A stretch of 63,816 bases of DNA, counting the filler, from Hausera hauseri (taxonomy: Eukaryota), in the NCBI GenBank assembly GCA_046269625.1. It is 9 parts of 9 records of this genome, joined end to end, with 100 filler letters (N's around TTAATTAATTAA, not from the genome) between each part and the next. Parts side by side here need not be neighbours in the genome. Positions count along the whole stretch, not along the records: positions 59,584 to 63,816 come from JBJURY010685216.1; 8 more parts are not named here. The stretch is one strand, 5' to 3'. The notes below the pieces were generated by a model, which worked only from the letters and a program-made list of their open reading frames with translations, did not search any database and was not told where the DNA came from. Positions 59,660 through 63,816 of the stretch are shown one piece after another. Made by a program: the position numbers and the translations under genes. Each line of letters opens with the position of its first letter. Position 1 is the first letter of the stretch.

Positions 59660-60530
59660 AGTCCTTCGCAAGCAGAATTTCCACCCCACCCCCACCAATC
59701 CCTGTTTTCCTCCGCCTGCATTGTGTCTATACATTGGTGTTGTTTTGAAACAGTCTCGATACGGTTTCATTTGGTTGCGTTTTTGTTCTTGTACTAACTC
59801 AACCATCACCGCCAGAGCGCTCTTCTTAACGGGCTCTCAAAAGGACAGTTGTAGTCCCAGAAGGCTTGTGGAAGGAGGAGGCTGAGCTTTATTTCCCTGC
59901 CGGTGGTGAATATGAGGTGAACCAAGGTCCTCTAGGTGGTAGTGTAATGTTTGACCTCCCAGAAGTGATCAACCACTCTCGAGCCTTCGCTCATTAAATA
60001 TAGGCTTCTCTGCAGTTGCCGTGAGACACGGAGTGGATGTGGGCAAAGATCTTATCTGACCATCATTCATCAACCCTGGCACGGTGTAGCAGGACCTGGC
60101 TATAATTCTCCATGGGGTCCTCATCGACTCCGTTTCCATTCCTTAGTTAAGTGGTTACATTACAATAGAGCGCGTTGATGCCAGAAGCCAACTCTGCTCC
60201 ATTCAAAGAAAATGGCTCAAAAATGGTTTATGCGGTTTAATAAAGTGGAAAATTTTTGTGATCAGAAATATTGTGTATGTTAAAATAACATAAGGAATTA
60301 TTGTTTACGCGCAGGTGTCACTATCTTGCTATCCTTGATGGTTTTTCTACTACTGGTGGCGGAGACGATGCCACCAACATCAGACGCGTTGCCGCTGATA
60401 GGTAAGTCTGTATGGTTTCTTTATAAGCCCCAGTGGTTAGAAGCCACAACAAAACACACAACAATACTGCATGTTTTTTTTCCCTGTCACTTGCTTAAAT
60501 ATGAGCTGACAAACAAACATATTACGGCGA

Positions 60531-61616
60531 ATGAAAACGAAATACAATTGCTTTGCTTTTCCGTGGGAAACCGAACATAAACAATTGTTTGGGAAGAGAG
60601 TATCCGAGAAAAGTCCAGTATCCGGCAGAGGAAAATCCGGTGGGGTAATTATTGTAATCATATGCGATTTGTTCAGCAACCATTTTATTGATATGCCTTT
60701 TTATGAGTCCCATTATCGTGATGTTGATACTGCAATATTTCGAAATAACGGTTATCCATCAGAATTTAATGTGAGTGAGAGAAATCTTTTTATTTACATC
60801 TGTAACTGTTTTTTGCGTTGTAAAAATTCAGTTCCTAACTTACACCGTATTTACTCAGAGTTGGTGCAGACATCAATCATCAATCAAACTTGTTTCTTTA
60901 GTACGAATAAGAGAGAGTTAAAACAGCCTCATTGCTCTGTTGATTTGTCCAATTGCCCTTCACATGACGATCTAGACGCAGAAATATTCGGCTGTTCTGC
61001 CAGTGTTAGTGATCAGTTCATTAAAAAGTTAAGAGAAGACAGGAGTGGTGATAATTTGCTGACGCATTTTTACGATTTTTTCAAACATTTATTGAATGAC
61101 ATTTTTCTTGGCAAAAAGCCGACAGTTTCCAATGCCTTGGGGATGTGGAAAGATCCCTTGCAGACTTTATATCACCCGGAGAGAAATTTGATTGTAAATA
61201 TACTGTCAATTTTTTCACGTATTCCATTGGCATCTGTAATGATTCTCGACTTTTCCCGAGACATCACTTATCACTACATAGATCACGTACGGTGTTTTCT
61301 TGGACGGGTTTTGTGTTCCACTTTTTTCACCGCAAATAAAGACTCTGATCTCCTTATGAATATCTTCACGTGTTCCTTATCAAATACTATCATAAAGATC
61401 CAACTGTTTTCATGGTTTGGCCAACTCCTCCATTATAATTTAGGATCCAACAGACTTGTTCATTTATTACGAAATGTATCGATTGAAGACGGAATTTTCA
61501 CCAGTGATGGGTTTTTGATAAACTTGCAATGTGTACTTCTGCATCTTTCGAGTCCGTTGTTGCTATATACGTTTGATAAGACAATGTTAATCCAACTGGA
61601 ATCCACTAAACATTAG
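60531..61616 (+). pseudogene. UBE4/Ufd2-like ubiquitin conjugation factor E4, N-terminal/core fragment
   Basis: LFSWFGQLLHYN…FTSDGFLINLQCVLLHLSSPLL resembles the Ufd2 core SDGF.LNL..VL..L..P; no U-box seen. Confidence 0.55.
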
Positions 61617-62016
61617 ACGTTTGCCAGAAATTCGAAGACGGCATTGTTTCATCCTATTCTGTTTTTCAAATCATAAAGTTGGAACTCGAATGGTGCAAAA
61701 GAAAAATCTACATACCAAAAAGTGACGGCAAATATTTTCAAATACTCTTTACCGATGTTACACATAAACTCGATAGGCGACTTAATTTATCGGCAGAGGA
61801 AATAACAATTCGGGCAATTCGTACATCATTTAGTCTTGATGGGAAAATTATTTCATTGAGTATTGAACTAGACATTGCCGTAATTGTTGAGACGAATCCA
61901 CTGCGAATGGATAATGAAAACAATTCGTCATTGGTCTGTAAAATAAACCTGCTGTGTAGTAAACACGGAGTGACCAACGAAGAAACATTACGTACAGGGA
62001 ATTCGACTACTCCGAC

Positions 62017-63816
62017 GTGTGGGACTTGCAGCAGCGAGGCGGAATTCTCGGCCGCCCACCATGCGCCATTGGGTCGGACGACGCTGTTCGTTGCCACCCC
62101 ACAATACGCCCCCGGGAATACCACCTGTCCCTACTCAATCTTCTTTTTTTAAATAATGAACATATCCATACACACAGCATTACACTTACATACTGCAGCC
62201 ATTTACACCTGTATCTCTATCTTACCTCACTCCTCTGATTTCTACCTCAAATATAATGGATCTCTAGTACCCCTCGCTGAAACATTACAATCGTCCTCAA
62301 CCCGCATCTGTCTTCACATCTACTTCCGTATCCGTGGTGGCATGGACTCGTCACCCGCAGTTGACACCACGGAGAAACTTACTAGGTCGCAGATCCCCAT
62401 CATCCATTTACCCAAACAAAGCATTTTAAACACTTCAACACAGCACACCCTCCTTACGCATTTACCCTACACCGAATATTTTCTCGACAGCCAAAACTCT
62501 ACTCAAACTTGGCTAAAACTGCATCAATTTTGGCTCCAATCACAAAACGTCGTCGACTCTTTAATCAAAGCCAACAGCCTCTTTTTCCACTTACCAGCCT
62601 TTATCAAAACTAAAATTAACAATATAATCGATATTCTTCAGCACAATGACCCATATACCCAACTCTATAATGCAGTTCTCAAGCTTACTGAGCCTTTAAT
62701 CGATTCAATCATTGAAAGGTTCTTTAACGATAACGCCATTGACCTTCAGAAGCCTTCTGAATTCCTACGCACATCCTTGTCTTACCTCAACACCCTTGGC
62801 GTAATATCTGAACGCAGTCCCGAGCTTATTCGTCGCTACTTTTTAAATGCATTGCCCCTTCAAATAAGAGCTTTGCTTATTGTGATCGAAGACTCCACGG
62901 CTCTGGACAGGCTAACCGGATTGGCAGAAAAAGCATATGAAGTATTGCACTCACACACAACAACAACTATCTCTGAGGCATTGAAAACAGACCAACAACA
63001 ACAAAATGCAATGCTGCAGTAGCAAATAGCACAATTGCGCACGGAAAATAAAAAGTTACAGAACACAATTAACAATATAAGCGAAAAATTAAACGAATTA
63101 ATGCTGCCTCGACGGGGTTTTTCAAGAGCTGCCTCCGCTAATATATTCAGTCAACGTCAAAGACGGTCGCCTTTGCCCGCGCGGTCATCCATTTGCCATT
63201 ATCATAGAAAATTTGGTAATATTGCTCAAAAATGCTGCATCGGTTGCAAATTTCACTCCCCGACTTTAACACAAGAAACATCGTTTGAATCTGAAACTCA
63301 AAATTTGGAACAAAAGCACAAAAATGCCTACATGGCTGTACCTACAACACATAACTAAACTAACACTACTACATTCACACAACACAGTAAACTAAACTCA
63401 CCAACTACAAAAAACTAATTTCGCCACTAGTTCACACAACAAGTCCTAGCAAAGGCAACAACCCTCAAAAGACAGCCGACACATCTCTTTTGCTGTATTC
63501 ACATTGGAAGCAGCAGTCGTCACTCCAACAAAGCAAAACATTAACTTTCTTAGAGACATCGGCGCAGCAATCTCTTTATTGCCATCAACACAACACATCC
63601 AAAACAATTACACTTCAAAAAAGAAACTGTTCACTGCGTCCGGAGAACCCTTACAGATTTTTGGAGTTACCAAATTAACATTCACTCTTCCACACCTCCC
63701 AAACACATTCGCATGGAAATTTACAATAGTCAATGTACGCACACCTATATTGGGTTCAGACTTTCTGTCCTACTACCATTTACTTGTAGATTGCAAACAA
63801 TGTTCATTAAAATGCG
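62017..63816 (+). mobile_element. Gypsy family A copy 5 (5' terminus, Ubl-Gag, protease; runs off window)
   Basis: TGTGGG start, leader homologous to 7801-7960, Gag, CHYHRKFGNIAQKCCIGC, frameshift heptamer, protease ILGSDFL. Confidence 0.93.
62156..63022 (+). CDS. gag: Ubiquitin-like domain (…HIYFRIRGG) fused in frame to Gag
   Basis: DFYLKYNGSLVPLAETLQSSSTRICLHIYFRIRGG|MDSS… followed by Gag (KPSEFLR…RYFLNALPLQIRALL). Confidence 0.8.
   Translation: MNISIHTALHLHTAAIYTCISILPHSSDFYLKYNGSLVPLAETLQSSSTRICLHIYFRIRGGMDSSPAVDTTEKLTRSQIPIIHLPKQSILNTSTQHTLLTHLPYTEYFLDSQNSTQTWLKLHQFWLQSQNVVDSLIKANSLFFHLPAFIKTKINNIIDILQHNDPYTQLYNAVLKLTEPLIDSIIERFFNDNAIDLQKPSEFLRTSLSYLNTLGVISERSPELIRRYFLNALPLQIRALLIVIEDSTALDRLTGLAEKAYEVLHSHTTTTISEALKTDQQQQNAMLQ

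Noticed and set aside
60531-62344. Functional link between the UBE4-like fragment and the adjacent Ubl-Gag
   Set aside because: Other copies of the element have unrelated flanks, so the adjacency looks like a chance insertion

Overview
This is not contiguous DNA. It is nine eukaryotic contigs joined by eight artificial 100-nt linkers (N44-TTAATTAATTAA-N44), and nearly every contig carries a retroelement or virus-like polymerase. Contents: (i) five decayed copies of a Ty3/Gypsy family with CsRn1/Kabuki-type CHCC fingers; (ii) one BEL/Pao element on the minus strand; (iii) two diverged copies of a Gypsy-like element with a chuvirus-type glycoprotein upstream of PR-RT-RH; (iv) a decayed Polinton/adintovirus-type protein-primed PolB; (v) a nearly intact ~11.9-kb foamy-like (spuma-related) endogenous retrovirus with four extra ORFs; (vi) host remnants (CDC5L, TBP-like, UBE4/Ufd2-like). 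The strongest candidate for an undescribed system is that three different retroelement lineages each carry a ubiquitin-like domain. In two of them it is an N-terminal Ubl ending in a diglycine (RIRGG, RPGG, LKGG) directly before Gag, suggesting Gag maturation by host deubiquitinases. Three other features stand out: an apparent single Ubl/AT-hook/glycoprotein/PTAP/Pol polyprotein with no recognisable capsid; apparently inverted rather than direct terminal repeats in the CHCC Gypsy family; and tandem CCCH fingers in the BEL/Pao Gag. All homology calls are by-eye motif recognition; no searches were run.
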